Shown here piece by piece: positions 1 to 10,013 of a stretch of 64,000 nucleotides of DNA. How positions within the stretch are numbered: position 1 is the first letter of the stretch; the number at the start of each line of letters is the position of its first letter. Where the stretch lies: the IMG/VR virus record IMGVR_UViG_3300023504_000004, positions 16,857-80,856 of that record. One strand, 5' to 3'. The position numbers and the translations under genes are program-made. The notes below the pieces were generated by a model. It had not been told where the DNA came from. It saw only the letters and a list, made by a program, of their open reading frames with translations, and searched no databases. Origin of the DNA: a virus.

Positions 1-177
1 GCCTTAGAGTATGATCTAATTGAGATCTTCAAGATAAATAATGGTTGTTTACATGATCCGTATTCACCAAAAGGTGAAGAACTTGACAAAAAGACAACGC
101 TCGATTTTTTGAAATACAGATGTCAAGATTTGTATGGAAGAGAATGGGAGAACCATTGGAAAGAATACAATTTATAA
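1..177 (+). CDS. 3' end of a CDS truncated at the window start (C-terminus ...WENHWKEYNL*)
   Basis: Frame 1 is open from position 1 to a TAA at 175-177. Codon usage resembles neighbouring genes. No start is visible because of the window edge. Confidence 0.35.
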   Translation, partial: ALEYDLIEIFKINNGCLHDPYSPKGEELDKKTTLDFLKYRCQDLYGREWENHWKEYNL

Positions 178-224
178 GCAAAGTGTAAGGCAGTCGGAGA
201 ATAAATATCTGGCTGCCTATTTTA

Positions 225-1865
225 TTGGAAGAAAGAGAGGTTGATTTTATGAGTACCTATTATGAATATCGGGATGTAGGCGTAATGATAGCACATAAAC
301 TTATGGCAATGGACGGATGGAAAGTGTTCGGATATCATGCAGACCATAGTGACATGATGACAGATTACTACGATCCTGCTTATTGGGGTGGAATAGCTAC
401 AAAGAATGGATACACATTAGTTGTAAATCGTAGTAGTGAAGCAAAGCCAGAAGAGATACGTAAATATAATTACGATGGAACACTTCAGAATAGAAGTATT
501 TCAGAAAAGATTGCAAAGCTTGAGCAGATGACAATGGAAAGAGGAGCAAGCGAACAGGAAGAAGAATCAGCAAAGAAAATGATTGAGAAGTTACGGAGTA
601 AAGCAAACGAAACTTCTGAAAAATATATTGTAACTGGTATCATTCCTGGACATATGGCAAACCCACCTAGAATGAATTGGCATATTGAAAAAGATGGTGT
701 CTATGTAGCAAAGGGAAATGGAATCTTAAAGTTTGCACATATTGATAACTATTATAGATATGAAAGCTATATGGAAGATATGCAGAATTTCAGAACTATG
801 AAGCGAGGAGAATATAGAAATTCTTTAATATCTGAATATATGGGCAGATGGAATGATACAGAAGAAAGAGCAGCAGAACAGGCAGACAGCCATATTGAAT
901 CAATGGAAAAAGATAAAGCACTTATGGATCGGTTTGAGGCATTTATTAACAAACTTGATACAACATGTGGTGGAATGCTTGGTGAAGGTGATGGAGTTGT
1001 ATATGAAAAGGTAAAAGTTATTGAATACAAAACCGAGAACAAAGCTGTTGAAACTGAAAACGGACGTATAAAAGATGGACAGTGTTTCATTGTAAAGACT
1101 TCATTTAACTATGGACATAATAAGGGATATGTTTACAGAATCCACGAAACAGACTACAACGGAAAGAAAATGTATCATGCTTATAAGCTCAATGGAAAAC
1201 TTACAAAGGAATGTACTGGAAGAGCAAACCAAAGTAATTATTGGTATATAACAGATAACTTCACAAGATGGTTTGAAAAGGGAAGTCTTGCATGGTGTGA
1301 AATTCAGGAAGTTAAAACACCTTATGAGGTTGAAAAGGTTGTGAAGAAGGTTATTAAGTCTGATACAAATAAGACAGAAGAAAAGGCAACCGAAACTGAT
1401 GTAGATGTAAACAAATATACTTATGAAGTGACAGAAGATACAGATACACGAACAGGAGAAAAGATATATCTTGCAAAGATAATTGAGAAGTTAAGCCGTG
1501 AAGAATATATCAAGGTGAATCAGTACATCAAATCTCTTGGAGGTTATTATAGTAAATTCAAACATGCTTTCTTATTCAAAGAAAACCCATGTGAGAAATT
1601 AAATGTAATCATTAAAGAGACAGAGAATAATACAGCGAATGATACAACAGAACAGACAGAAACACAAATCACATACACTGTAACAGAGGATGTACACACA
1701 AAAACAGGTGAAAAATTATTTGTAGTAAAACCTGATACAGAGTTGTCAAAGTCAAACTTTACAGATGTAAAGCGAAAGTTGGCAACATTACAGGGATTTT
1801 ACAGTAGCTTTAAGAAGGGATTTATATTCAAATATGATCCAACTGAAAAGCTTAATACAGTATAA
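225..1865 (+). CDS. Hypothetical 546-aa protein with two C-terminal ~80-aa tandem repeats
   Basis: Long ORF with SD 'gaaagagagg' upstream. The C-terminal repeats are (Y.VTED..T.TGEK....K.....S...F.....K.L..LQG(F/Y)YS.FK..F.FK..P.EKLN) at about nt 1420-1640 and 1670-1862. No recognisable catalytic motif. Confidence 0.6.
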   Translation: MEEREVDFMSTYYEYRDVGVMIAHKLMAMDGWKVFGYHADHSDMMTDYYDPAYWGGIATKNGYTLVVNRSSEAKPEEIRKYNYDGTLQNRSISEKIAKLEQMTMERGASEQEEESAKKMIEKLRSKANETSEKYIVTGIIPGHMANPPRMNWHIEKDGVYVAKGNGILKFAHIDNYYRYESYMEDMQNFRTMKRGEYRNSLISEYMGRWNDTEERAAEQADSHIESMEKDKALMDRFEAFINKLDTTCGGMLGEGDGVVYEKVKVIEYKTENKAVETENGRIKDGQCFIVKTSFNYGHNKGYVYRIHETDYNGKKMYHAYKLNGKLTKECTGRANQSNYWYITDNFTRWFEKGSLAWCEIQEVKTPYEVEKVVKKVIKSDTNKTEEKATETDVDVNKYTYEVTEDTDTRTGEKIYLAKIIEKLSREEYIKVNQYIKSLGGYYSKFKHAFLFKENPCEKLNVIIKETENNTANDTTEQTETQITYTVTEDVHTKTGEKLFVVKPDTELSKSNFTDVKRKLATLQGFYSSFKKGFIFKYDPTEKLNTV

Positions 1866-1906
1866 AAAAGGTGGTTGAAATATACCGCCTTTTATAATGA
1901 AAGGAA

Positions 1907-3550
1907 ATGGTAAATATGTTTACAGATAACAAAGATTTCTACCCAACACCACAAAATCTTATAGATAAAATGCTTGATGGTTTGGATTGGAAAATGATAC
2001 ATACGGTTCTTGAACCATCAGCAGGTAAGGGAAATATTGTTGAAGCATTAACGAAAAAGGAAGATTTTAATAACAGATGGTACACAACAATTAAGTTAAA
2101 TATTGACTGTATAGAGAATGATATAAATTTACGAGCAGTATTAAAGGAAAAGAATTTCAGAGTTGTACATGATGATTTTTTGACATACGACACAATGAAG
2201 GAATATGACTTAATCATTATGAATCCTCCGTTCTCAAATGGATGTAAACATCTGTTAAAAGCATTGGAAATGCAACAGAGAAATGGCGGTGCTGTTATTT
2301 GCCTACTTAATGCAGAAACATTAAAAAATGAATGCAACAATGAAAGAGTAATGCTGAATAGAATGTTAGAAGAATACAATGCAGACATTCAATATATTCA
2401 AGATGCTTTCACGGACGCAGAGAGAAAAACAAGTGTTGAAATTGCATTGATAAAAGTAAAACTTCCAGAAGTCCACAGAGAATCATTCATATTTGATAAC
2501 TTAGAGAAAGCGAAAGAACATAGAGAGTATACATATAATGCGGAGAATACGCAGGTCGCAGAAAATGATTTTCTAATGGTAATTGTTGAACAATATAAAA
2601 CGGAAGTCGAAGCTGGTATAAGACTTATCAAAGAGTATTATGCAATGTCACCACATATTCTATATCAGTTTGGCAAAGACAAAAAAACAGGAGAAACAAT
2701 ACAAACTGGTGGATGCGTATTAAGTCTTAGCATTGGGAAAAATAGTGCATCGGTAAATGAATACATAAGAGAAATTCGTGGTAAATATTGGTCGGCATTA
2801 TTTAAAAATCCAAAGTTTATTGGACAGCTTACTAATAATTTGCAAAGAGAATATTACAGTAAGGTGGAGGAATTAAAAGATTATGAGTTCTCATTGCATA
2901 ATATCTATGAATTGAAGATTGATATGAGTAAAAAGGTTATTAAGGGAATTGAAGATACTATTGTTTCACTCTTTGAAGAACTTAGCAACAAATATTCATA
3001 TTATGATGAGTGTTCAAAAAACATTCATTACTTTAATGGATGGAAAACAAATAAAGCATGGATTATAAATAAAAAGGTAATCATTCCATTAAGAGGTTGG
3101 AAAGACTTGGAATATTCATGGGGTGGATTTAAGCCAACGAATTATGATGTTGTAAGCAAATTAAGAGATATAGAAAAATGTTTCAACTATCTCGATGGCG
3201 GAATGACAGAAGCAGTTGACTTAGATCAGTCATTACAGTTTGCAGAAGAATATGGTGAGTCAAAAGACATTATACTGAAGTATTTTAATGTAACCTTTTA
3301 CAAGAAGGGAACTTGTCATATTACATTCACAAATGATGAACTGTTAAAGAAATTTAATATCTTTGGAGCACAGCATAAAGGTTGGCTACCACCTTCATAT
3401 GGTAAGAAAAAATACAATGATATGTCAGCAGAAGAAAAGGCAGTTGTAAATGAATTTGAAGGCGAAGCTGAATATAACAAGGTAATGTGTAATACAAGTT
3501 ATTATCTTGCAGATACAAATTCAATGTTAATGCTGAATATGGCAGAATAG
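1907..3550 (+). CDS. SAM-dependent N6-adenine DNA methyltransferase (gamma-class order: motif I then NPPF) with a ~300-aa C-terminal extension
   Basis: Motif I-like 'LEPSAGKGNIV' followed by catalytic motif IV 'IIMNPPF'. SD 'aaaggaaatggtaaat' precedes the ATG. No adjacent restriction endonuclease gene. Confidence 0.75.
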   Translation: MVNMFTDNKDFYPTPQNLIDKMLDGLDWKMIHTVLEPSAGKGNIVEALTKKEDFNNRWYTTIKLNIDCIENDINLRAVLKEKNFRVVHDDFLTYDTMKEYDLIIMNPPFSNGCKHLLKALEMQQRNGGAVICLLNAETLKNECNNERVMLNRMLEEYNADIQYIQDAFTDAERKTSVEIALIKVKLPEVHRESFIFDNLEKAKEHREYTYNAENTQVAENDFLMVIVEQYKTEVEAGIRLIKEYYAMSPHILYQFGKDKKTGETIQTGGCVLSLSIGKNSASVNEYIREIRGKYWSALFKNPKFIGQLTNNLQREYYSKVEELKDYEFSLHNIYELKIDMSKKVIKGIEDTIVSLFEELSNKYSYYDECSKNIHYFNGWKTNKAWIINKKVIIPLRGWKDLEYSWGGFKPTNYDVVSKLRDIEKCFNYLDGGMTEAVDLDQSLQFAEEYGESKDIILKYFNVTFYKKGTCHITFTNDELLKKFNIFGAQHKGWLPPSYGKKKYNDMSAEEKAVVNEFEGEAEYNKVMCNTSYYLADTNSMLMLNMAE

Positions 3551-3767
3551 GAGCGTGATACTATGGCATATTATAGTAGTCCACGAAAATATGAGAACGA
3601 AACAGGTAAAAGATTTACAGATATATGTCCGTGTATTCATATAATCGGTAATATTAGAGGAATGGTTAAATTAGGCTTTTGGAATAAAGATAGTGATAAG
3701 GCAAGACACGGAAACTGGATTTATCAGCAGCCATTCAAATAAAATTGTAATTTCAGGAGGTAAAAAT

Positions 3768-4211
3768 ATGCGAGTTAATGAAGTAAAAGAAATGAAAGAA
3801 GTTGTTGTTAAAACAGAATACATAGCAGAGGACGGAGCTGTATTTACAGATAAAGAGCAGTGTGAAAAATGGGAGAGATCCTTTAAAGGTACACTTGCAA
3901 AAGCAATGAAGCAAATTCCACATGTCGAAACATGCGGGGAAAAAGCATATATCCCATGTGGCAATTATGATGAAAATGTATGGGTTTTAAAGCCAAGAAA
4001 TTTCGAAGACATTAAGGTAATTAATGCATATACGGAGCATTGTTGTGGCTGCAATGCAGATCTTACACAGGACGACATCGGAACGCTGCTGGCTTTAAAT
4101 TTTGGTTATGATTATGATTGGTGCGATGTTTTAAAGATCGAAAAATATCTTGCAGAGATTAAGAAAGCGTATAATGAATTCGAAATCAAAATCGACGAAA
4201 ACAACAAGTAA
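3768..4211 (+). CDS. Hypothetical protein
   Basis: Internal ATG of the listed ORF 3693-4211, chosen because 'tttcaggagg' lies 8 nt upstream (MRVNEVKEMK...). Confidence 0.55.
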   Translation: MRVNEVKEMKEVVVKTEYIAEDGAVFTDKEQCEKWERSFKGTLAKAMKQIPHVETCGEKAYIPCGNYDENVWVLKPRNFEDIKVINAYTEHCCGCNADLTQDDIGTLLALNFGYDYDWCDVLKIEKYLAEIKKAYNEFEIKIDENNK

Positions 4212-4323
4212 TACAGAGAATAATAAGGCAGATGCAGAAATGTATCTGTCTTATTTATTAGGAAGTGTGTGAGCTAATGAAAAGTTACGAAGATACAATT
4301 CTAAATTATCAGGAGGTAAATAG

Positions 4324-4644
4324 ATGGAAAGAAATTGGGTTATTACATGCAGCAATTCAGAAAACGGATACGTGGAATTTAAAAAATTCTATGGAACCGA
4401 AAGTGAAATGAAAAAGGAACTGTTTAAACTCGCCAAGAAAAGCAATATCATTCAGGATGCAATCGAAAACAATGATGATGAAGAATATACAAGCGAGGAT
4501 ATTATTGAGGATTTAGTAAGCGATTGCTATTTCGACTCTGATAACAATACATACTCAATCATGGTTCATGATGATAACAATGAAATCGACGAAGTTTATA
4601 CGGCAATCGAATTAGAGAAAATTAAAGAAACATGGAAAGGATAA
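4324..4644 (+). CDS. Hypothetical acidic protein
   Basis: ORF with SD 'caggaggtaaatag' upstream. Confidence 0.55.
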   Translation: MERNWVITCSNSENGYVEFKKFYGTESEMKKELFKLAKKSNIIQDAIENNDDEEYTSEDIIEDLVSDCYFDSDNNTYSIMVHDDNNEIDEVYTAIELEKIKETWKG

Positions 4645-4650
4645 CAGAAG

Positions 4651-4863
4651 ATGAAAATTCGGCAAAATGAAGTTTTGTGGTTGTCTAATAAAGGAAATGT
4701 AGCTGTGACATATTCACAATTTGATCTTGGCGAAAAATATAAAATATACCGAAAAGTAAATTACGGAGATAATTCCGTATGGGAATATAATAATACTTTT
4801 GGAACCCAAGGCGAAGCAATAAGTTATGCAAAACAAATTTTAGACAGGGAGGTCGAAAGATAA
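4651..4863 (+). CDS. Hypothetical protein
   Basis: ORF packed tightly against the previous stop. SD 'aaaggataacagaag'. Confidence 0.5.
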   Translation: MKIRQNEVLWLSNKGNVAVTYSQFDLGEKYKIYRKVNYGDNSVWEYNNTFGTQGEAISYAKQILDREVER

Positions 4864-4865
4864 TT

Positions 4866-5501
4866 ATGGGAATCATTTATGATAAAAATGCAAAAGAAAA
4901 AGAACTGTACTCGGCATACGGTCTCACCGTATATGGAAAAGAAAATAGATACGATTCGATTTGGTCACCGGATGTGAAATCCGTATTTATTACGTTACGG
5001 ATTTCAGACGGAGAGAAAGACCTGGTCGATGAACATCTTGGGAATAATTGCATCTTCCCAGGCACGTTTAAATCAACAATTGATAATTTCTTATGGTGGA
5101 TCAGTAACGACAAACCAGATGATTATGATGTTAAGTCACATATCCTTAAATGTCTGTGTAGTAGCAACTGTTTGTTTAATACTCAGATCGAGAACAGAAA
5201 ATGGAAAGAAGAACAGCAGAGAAAAAAAGAAGAGAGATGTAGATTAATTGAGAAAGAACGAGAAGTGAAGATATACGCTATCAAGGAATATTGTAAAAAG
5301 AACCATCTTGTTTTTGCTCGAAACTGGAAGGGGGTATATTTGTTCGAGGTTGATAATGAACGTGCAAAAGAAACGCTTGAAAGTGCTAATTCTGATCGAC
5401 TTGACAGTTATATAAGCTATATGAAAAAACACAGTGTTGTAGACGCAAGACTGGTTGCAGATGGAAGTTTAGACAAAATTTACGAATATATTCGGAGGTA
5501 A
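4866..5501 (+). CDS. Hypothetical protein
   Basis: 211-aa ORF. Start overlaps the previous stop, suggesting translational coupling. Confidence 0.55.
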   Translation: MGIIYDKNAKEKELYSAYGLTVYGKENRYDSIWSPDVKSVFITLRISDGEKDLVDEHLGNNCIFPGTFKSTIDNFLWWISNDKPDDYDVKSHILKCLCSSNCLFNTQIENRKWKEEQQRKKEERCRLIEKEREVKIYAIKEYCKKNHLVFARNWKGVYLFEVDNERAKETLESANSDRLDSYISYMKKHSVVDARLVADGSLDKIYEYIRR

Positions 5502-5507
5502 ATACAT

Positions 5508-6122
5508 ATGGCAGAAATTAGAATTAATACAACCGGTGATGGATGTTGGTGGTTATATGGAAGTTCGGAAGCTTGGAAAGATTATGTCGGCTGCGAGGAT
5601 TTTAATGAGCAGGTAGTCCTGTATGGAAACAGAGATTACAGTGGAATTAAAGAGGCATCTTGGTATCAGAAGGCAAAAGAAATCATTGACAATATCGATA
5701 TTTACGATGACTATCCAGAGGATATGTCTGAAGAAAATAAAGAAGAGATCGGAAAGATTTTGTTAAGCTCATGCAATGATGTTCTGGTGGAAGTGTTACG
5801 GATTTTATATCCTGATGACGAGTTTAAAACCGGCACTATTCGCGGCTATTCTCAGGGAGATTGGGAGTATTACATCGTTAAAGGAGACGTTGATGTAGAG
5901 CGGCTTGAAGCGTATTACTTCGGCAATGTTGTAGATATCTTTGTGAAAGACAACGAAGAAGAATATGGTGATGTTATGACCTGTGAAGAATTGTGGGACG
6001 CCGAAAGAGAAGGATATGAAAAGGCATTTAGAAAGCGATACGAAATTCCTGAAGATGAAGAGTTGAAGATCTATGTGGCTGATGGATATGTACAAACACT
6101 GAATTGGAAAATGGTGAGTTAG
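5508..6122 (+). CDS. Hypothetical acidic protein
   Basis: 204-aa ORF with SD 'cggaggtaaatacat'. Strongly acidic, as anti-restriction-like early proteins often are, but no diagnostic motif. Confidence 0.55.
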   Translation: MAEIRINTTGDGCWWLYGSSEAWKDYVGCEDFNEQVVLYGNRDYSGIKEASWYQKAKEIIDNIDIYDDYPEDMSEENKEEIGKILLSSCNDVLVEVLRILYPDDEFKTGTIRGYSQGDWEYYIVKGDVDVERLEAYYFGNVVDIFVKDNEEEYGDVMTCEELWDAEREGYEKAFRKRYEIPEDEELKIYVADGYVQTLNWKMVS

Positions 6123-6132
6123 GAGGCACGGC

Positions 6133-6453
6133 ATGAGAAGTACGATAGAATACGGAAACAGCATTGTCGATATTGTGCATGGAATTTATAAAGAACTTCC
6201 TGACTGGTATGGAATTTCAGATATTGGATTTGTGTGGCATGGAACGCAGGCCGATCCAGAAATCGAGTACAAAGGTCATCGAATTAACAGCGTGGCCATT
6301 GAGGATACGATGTGGGAAAGATGGATTTACGATAATGACGGAAACCTTCTTCCAGAAAGAGAAAATGATGATGGATTCTCTCGGTTTATGAGAGATAATG
6401 CAGATGAAGTTAGGGAATTGATTGATTTTGTGATGAAAAACGAGGGAAAATAA
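6133..6453 (+). CDS. Hypothetical protein
   Basis: ORF with SD 'ttaggaggcacggc'. Confidence 0.55.
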   Translation: MRSTIEYGNSIVDIVHGIYKELPDWYGISDIGFVWHGTQADPEIEYKGHRINSVAIEDTMWERWIYDNDGNLLPERENDDGFSRFMRDNADEVRELIDFVMKNEGK

Positions 6454-6699
6454 ATGAAAATGGAACAACTAATGGAAATCAGTGCAGGAGATATAAGCCA
6501 GAGTATTAAAAACCAGATTATTACAGTTTATGAAAGGGAAAATATTCCTGGCTTAAACGGATTCGCACTTACATGGGAAGAATTGTGTAAAGATACAGAG
6601 AAATTAGATTGGGAGATTTTAGATATTATGACACATCCACGGAAATATGCGGCGCTGTTAAAAGTGTTTGCCTATTTTCAGGGTATGATGTTGAAATAG
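6454..6699 (+). CDS. Hypothetical protein
   Basis: ORF abutting the previous stop (taaATG). Confidence 0.5.
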   Translation: MKMEQLMEISAGDISQSIKNQIITVYERENIPGLNGFALTWEELCKDTEKLDWEILDIMTHPRKYAALLKVFAYFQGMMLK

Positions 6700-6717
6700 C
6701 AATTTCGGAGGGAAATT

Positions 6718-7266
6718 ATGAAAATTATTATGGTTAGAATCGAGGATAATTCGGGAAAAATTGAAGAAATACAGACAATAAAAAACAGAACAGAAGAGTA
6801 TATTAATGAAAAAGCAAAAACAATAAAGGAATTGCAGGAAGAATGTTTTATGCAGATTTTGGTATATCTGAAATGCGCATACGAAGACTACATTGGGATT
6901 GTCGGAGAAACTACGCCTATAAATGAAGTTAGCTGGAGAGAAAATAGGCTCGATGTTTCAAATGTCACAAGATCCGTAAGGATATGTGTTAGAAAACATG
7001 ATGTAATCATTGATTTTGATTATTCCGGTACATTTAGTTGCGATCATACACCGCCAAGAATGGAAGCGGTTTTTAAGAATAATGAAATTATCATTACTAA
7101 ATCGACACCGGATGGAATCTGCGATTTAATGAATCGTTGGGAAAATATTAAGCCAGAATTCCAGAAAAAAATTGACAACGCTTATGATAAAAAGAAAAAA
7201 GAATCCGAGAGAAAGGTTTCGAATGCAGATTATATGTTAAAAATTGCAAAAGGGTTCAGAGTATGA
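6718..7266 (+). CDS. Hypothetical protein
   Basis: 182-aa ORF with SD 'tttcggagggaaatt'. Confidence 0.55.
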   Translation: MKIIMVRIEDNSGKIEEIQTIKNRTEEYINEKAKTIKELQEECFMQILVYLKCAYEDYIGIVGETTPINEVSWRENRLDVSNVTRSVRICVRKHDVIIDFDYSGTFSCDHTPPRMEAVFKNNEIIITKSTPDGICDLMNRWENIKPEFQKKIDNAYDKKKKESERKVSNADYMLKIAKGFRV

Positions 7267-7298
7267 AAAGTAGAAAAATGTTTTTTGGAGGGAAATTC

Positions 7299-7457
7299 AT
7301 GAAAAAAGAATATAGCGTCGTAGGAGAAGAATTACAGGAAATCATGGAGCTGATTTTAAACGGATATGAGTGCGAAACATTCGAGCCATATGACACTTTA
7401 TATTTGCGACTTGTAAAAGGGAACGAAAAGAAAGAATTTGAATTTATTCAGTGTTAA
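7299..7457 (+). CDS. Hypothetical small protein
   Basis: Internal ATG of ORF 7263-7457, preceded by 'ttttttggagggaaattc'. Confidence 0.45.
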   Translation: MKKEYSVVGEELQEIMELILNGYECETFEPYDTLYLRLVKGNEKKEFEFIQC

Positions 7458-7471
7458 TTTCGGAGGTCATT

Positions 7472-7723
7472 ATGAAGAAAATGATTTATACCTCGTCACG
7501 AGGCAAAAGAATTAAATTCGATTCCTGGACAGACGACAGAAAAGAAAACGGAATCTACTGGGTGAATATGTGTTCAAGTTGCCACAGAAAATACAGAGGT
7601 ATTTTAGGAAAAAGAGCAGAAAAATGCGCATGTGATGGTCTGTACTGCGAGGTGTGCGATTGTGGAAATATAGGTGCAGCATGGTATGTGGATTTTGCTC
7701 CAAACGAAGTAGTTTTTGAATGA
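7472..7723 (+). CDS. Hypothetical Cys-rich (zinc-binding?) protein
   Basis: Internal ATG of ORF 7451-7723 after 'tttcggaggtcatt'. Several CxxC/CxC pairs (CSSCHRKY...CACDGLYCEVCDC). Confidence 0.5.
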   Translation: MKKMIYTSSRGKRIKFDSWTDDRKENGIYWVNMCSSCHRKYRGILGKRAEKCACDGLYCEVCDCGNIGAAWYVDFAPNEVVFE

Positions 7724-7849
7724 ACAGTGGATCATTGGCAACATGAAAGATTCGTGGCTACGGGGTATGAGTTATTATAACGGAGCTTTAAAGGTATTGG
7801 AATTTGCCGGATATAATTGGCAGCGTGATGTGGACGGAAAACATAGATT

Positions 7850-8092
7850 GTGGAGATGATTATGAAAAGGGTAAAATGCGTTAGTATTAGAGAATTTATG
7901 CCAAAGCAAATTGAAGTTGGCAAGATTTATTACATGGACGAGAAAACAAAATGGATAGACGAAGATGGTGACGAGTATGCTATATTTTATTCCGATCAGG
8001 ATGGAATGAATAAAATTGGCAACTTGCTTCTATCACACTTTTGTATGATGGAAGATGGAAATTGCATGGCTTGTGATACATGCAATGATTAA
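7850..8092 (+). CDS. Hypothetical Cys-rich protein
   Basis: 80-aa ORF with C-terminal CMACDTCND. Confidence 0.45.
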   Translation: MEMIMKRVKCVSIREFMPKQIEVGKIYYMDEKTKWIDEDGDEYAIFYSDQDGMNKIGNLLLSHFCMMEDGNCMACDTCND

Positions 8093-8136
8093 ACTTGAAA
8101 CAAGAGTTTCAAAAAATTAAAAGGAGGATATAAACT

Positions 8137-8334
8137 ATGGCATATATTTTGGGAAGATTAATTTCACATAATATAGAATTCGAAAAAATTAATAATCATT
8201 TCGTAAAAGTATACGGAAACTTTGATGGATTTTCTATAGTAAGAGAATCAGAACAGGGAAACTTTGTTGAAGTGGATGGAAAGCTTATGAACTATGAGGA
8301 TTTTGACGATTGGTTATATGCCATTAAGCTTTGA
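8137..8334 (+). CDS. Hypothetical protein
   Basis: ORF with SD 'aaaggaggatataaact'. Confidence 0.5.
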   Translation: MAYILGRLISHNIEFEKINNHFVKVYGNFDGFSIVRESEQGNFVEVDGKLMNYEDFDDWLYAIKL

Positions 8335-8369
8335 AACGATGATTTACTTAGAAAGTGAGGAAAAACAAT

Positions 8370-8528
8370 ATGGATAAATTAGAACAAGCAATGCAAAGTG
8401 AAGACTTTTGGGTTGAACTTGCAGATACATCATTTGGTGAGGTTGTACTTCATGGTAAAAATACGAACAGTATTGCCGACAATGAGTATTATGAGGTATC
8501 AAGCGAAATTGATACTTTAAAATGGTGA
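8370..8528 (+). CDS. Hypothetical micro-protein (52 aa)
   Basis: Unlisted small ORF found by hand translation, with SD 'gtgaggaaaaacaat'. Confidence 0.35.
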   Translation: MDKLEQAMQSEDFWVELADTSFGEVVLHGKNTNSIADNEYYEVSSEIDTLKW

Positions 8529-8550
8529 TTATGGAAAGGAGAAAAAGTAA

Positions 8551-8706
8551 ATGTATGAAGAATATTACAGATTATGCAAAGAATGTGAGTATCTATATCA
8601 CTGTTTTTCAAGAGAACACGTAGAAAAGATAAGAAAAAATAATACAGAAGATATGTATTTGCGTCCTGATGTTTGTTTAAATTTTTATCCAGAGAGAAAA
8701 GAGTAA
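8551..8706 (+). CDS. Hypothetical micro-protein (51 aa, CxxC...C)
   Basis: Unlisted small ORF with SD 'aaaggagaaaaagtaa'. Confidence 0.35.
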   Translation: MYEEYYRLCKECEYLYHCFSREHVEKIRKNNTEDMYLRPDVCLNFYPERKE

Positions 8707-8771
8707 GAAAGAAGAGAATAAATAGAACAGAATTATTTTAATGAAACGGAAATTTTCTCAGAGGTGATTAC

Positions 8772-8927
8772 ATGATGACAGATGAAGAATTGATCAAAGC
8801 AAAAGAAATTTTAAAAGAAAATCATATCAATGCTTGTCCTATAGAATTTTGGGAAGGGAAAGATTATTACAAAGTTGCTTATACAACATATGCTGGAAAT
8901 TTTTATATTAAAGAATTTGGCAAGTAG
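8772..8927 (+). CDS. Hypothetical micro-protein (51 aa)
   Basis: Unlisted small ORF with SD 'cagaggtgattac' (an instance of the TTTC..GAGG motif). Confidence 0.35.
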   Translation: MMTDEELIKAKEILKENHINACPIEFWEGKDYYKVAYTTYAGNFYIKEFGK

Positions 8928-8960
8928 ATGAAAAGCACATTTTAAAAGGAGAATGATTAA

Positions 8961-9212
8961 GTGAAAAATTATACAATGTATGTTTGTGAGACATGCGGAT
9001 ATGAGAGCTTAGATGCTAAAGAAATTATGCAACATGAAGCAGATCATCTATGTCTTACAGTTAAAGAAATGGAACAATATAGAGCTTTAAAGTCTTTTGC
9101 AAATTATATGGGTTCTGTTGTATCACATACAAAAAATGAAGCAACAGATAAATCATTCGATGATGCAATTCAGAATTTATTGAATTTCGAGAAAAGGCAT
9201 GGAATTAAATGA
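8961..9212 (+). CDS. Hypothetical zinc-finger protein
   Basis: ORF with a GTG start after 'aaaggagaatgattaa'. Contains CETCG...H..DH, C2H2-like. Confidence 0.45.
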   Translation: MKNYTMYVCETCGYESLDAKEIMQHEADHLCLTVKEMEQYRALKSFANYMGSVVSHTKNEATDKSFDDAIQNLLNFEKRHGIK

Positions 9213-9238
9213 AAAATACATTTTAGGAGATATGTCTT

Positions 9239-9559
9239 ATGGATATTGTAAAAAAATGGTTCAAAGATAATGGTTATGAAGTCGATGAATATGAAGCCAC
9301 ACTACAAGCGAAAACAGATACGATTTTATTCCTGGTTGTAGAACCACACAACGGAACAAATGGAAAATGGATGTTACGAGTAGCTGCGTTGGTATCTTTT
9401 GACAGATGGGCGAATTCGACAGCCGTTGAGGAATTCTTTGATACGGAAACAGGACTATGTGATTATTTGAAAAACAATCAGCTTTACATCTACAAAGATG
9501 TGTTGAGAAATTTGTCGGAAGAATATGAGGAAATGTATAGAGTTAATTATGAAGATTGA
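9239..9559 (+). CDS. Hypothetical protein
   Basis: ORF with SD 'ttaggagatatgtcttATG'. Confidence 0.5.
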   Translation: MDIVKKWFKDNGYEVDEYEATLQAKTDTILFLVVEPHNGTNGKWMLRVAALVSFDRWANSTAVEEFFDTETGLCDYLKNNQLYIYKDVLRNLSEEYEEMYRVNYED

Positions 9560-9574
9560 TCGGAGGTAGATGAT

Positions 9575-9913
9575 ATGAATAATATATATTTTGATGAAAT
9601 GGTAAAACATAACAGGATTGGGAATTTGGGTTTTGAGTTAGTAAATACGCAACGCAAATTAGTTTGTCAGGAATATGAAATAGAAAAATTAAGAATAAAA
9701 GCAGCAATGTATCATGCATTTTTTTTTCAAAACTCTGATTTGGCGAAAAGATTACGTGATCAAAACGAGGAAAATGATAACGCATTAATAGGAGAATTCG
9801 ATGGATTTAGTTATGCAAGTTGGAGAAGAAATGCAATATTTAGAAGTCTTGAAGATATGTGTGTAGATGGATTATTAACAGAAGAAGAATACAGAGAATG
9901 TATGAACGTATGA
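9575..9913 (+). CDS. Hypothetical protein
   Basis: ORF with SD 'cggaggtagatgat'. Confidence 0.5.
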   Translation: MNNIYFDEMVKHNRIGNLGFELVNTQRKLVCQEYEIEKLRIKAAMYHAFFFQNSDLAKRLRDQNEENDNALIGEFDGFSYASWRRNAIFRSLEDMCVDGLLTEEEYRECMNV

Positions 9914-10013
9914 AAACCGCATTTTAAACTGAAAGGAGAAAGATTATGTATACTTTTGAATTTACATACGATGAAAGCGATGCAAATTACTTAATTAAAT
10001 TGGAGGATTAATC

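Noticed and set aside
5508-6122. ArdA-type anti-restriction identity for the acidic 204-aa protein
   Set aside because: Acidity and position are suggestive, but no ArdA signature could be matched by eye.
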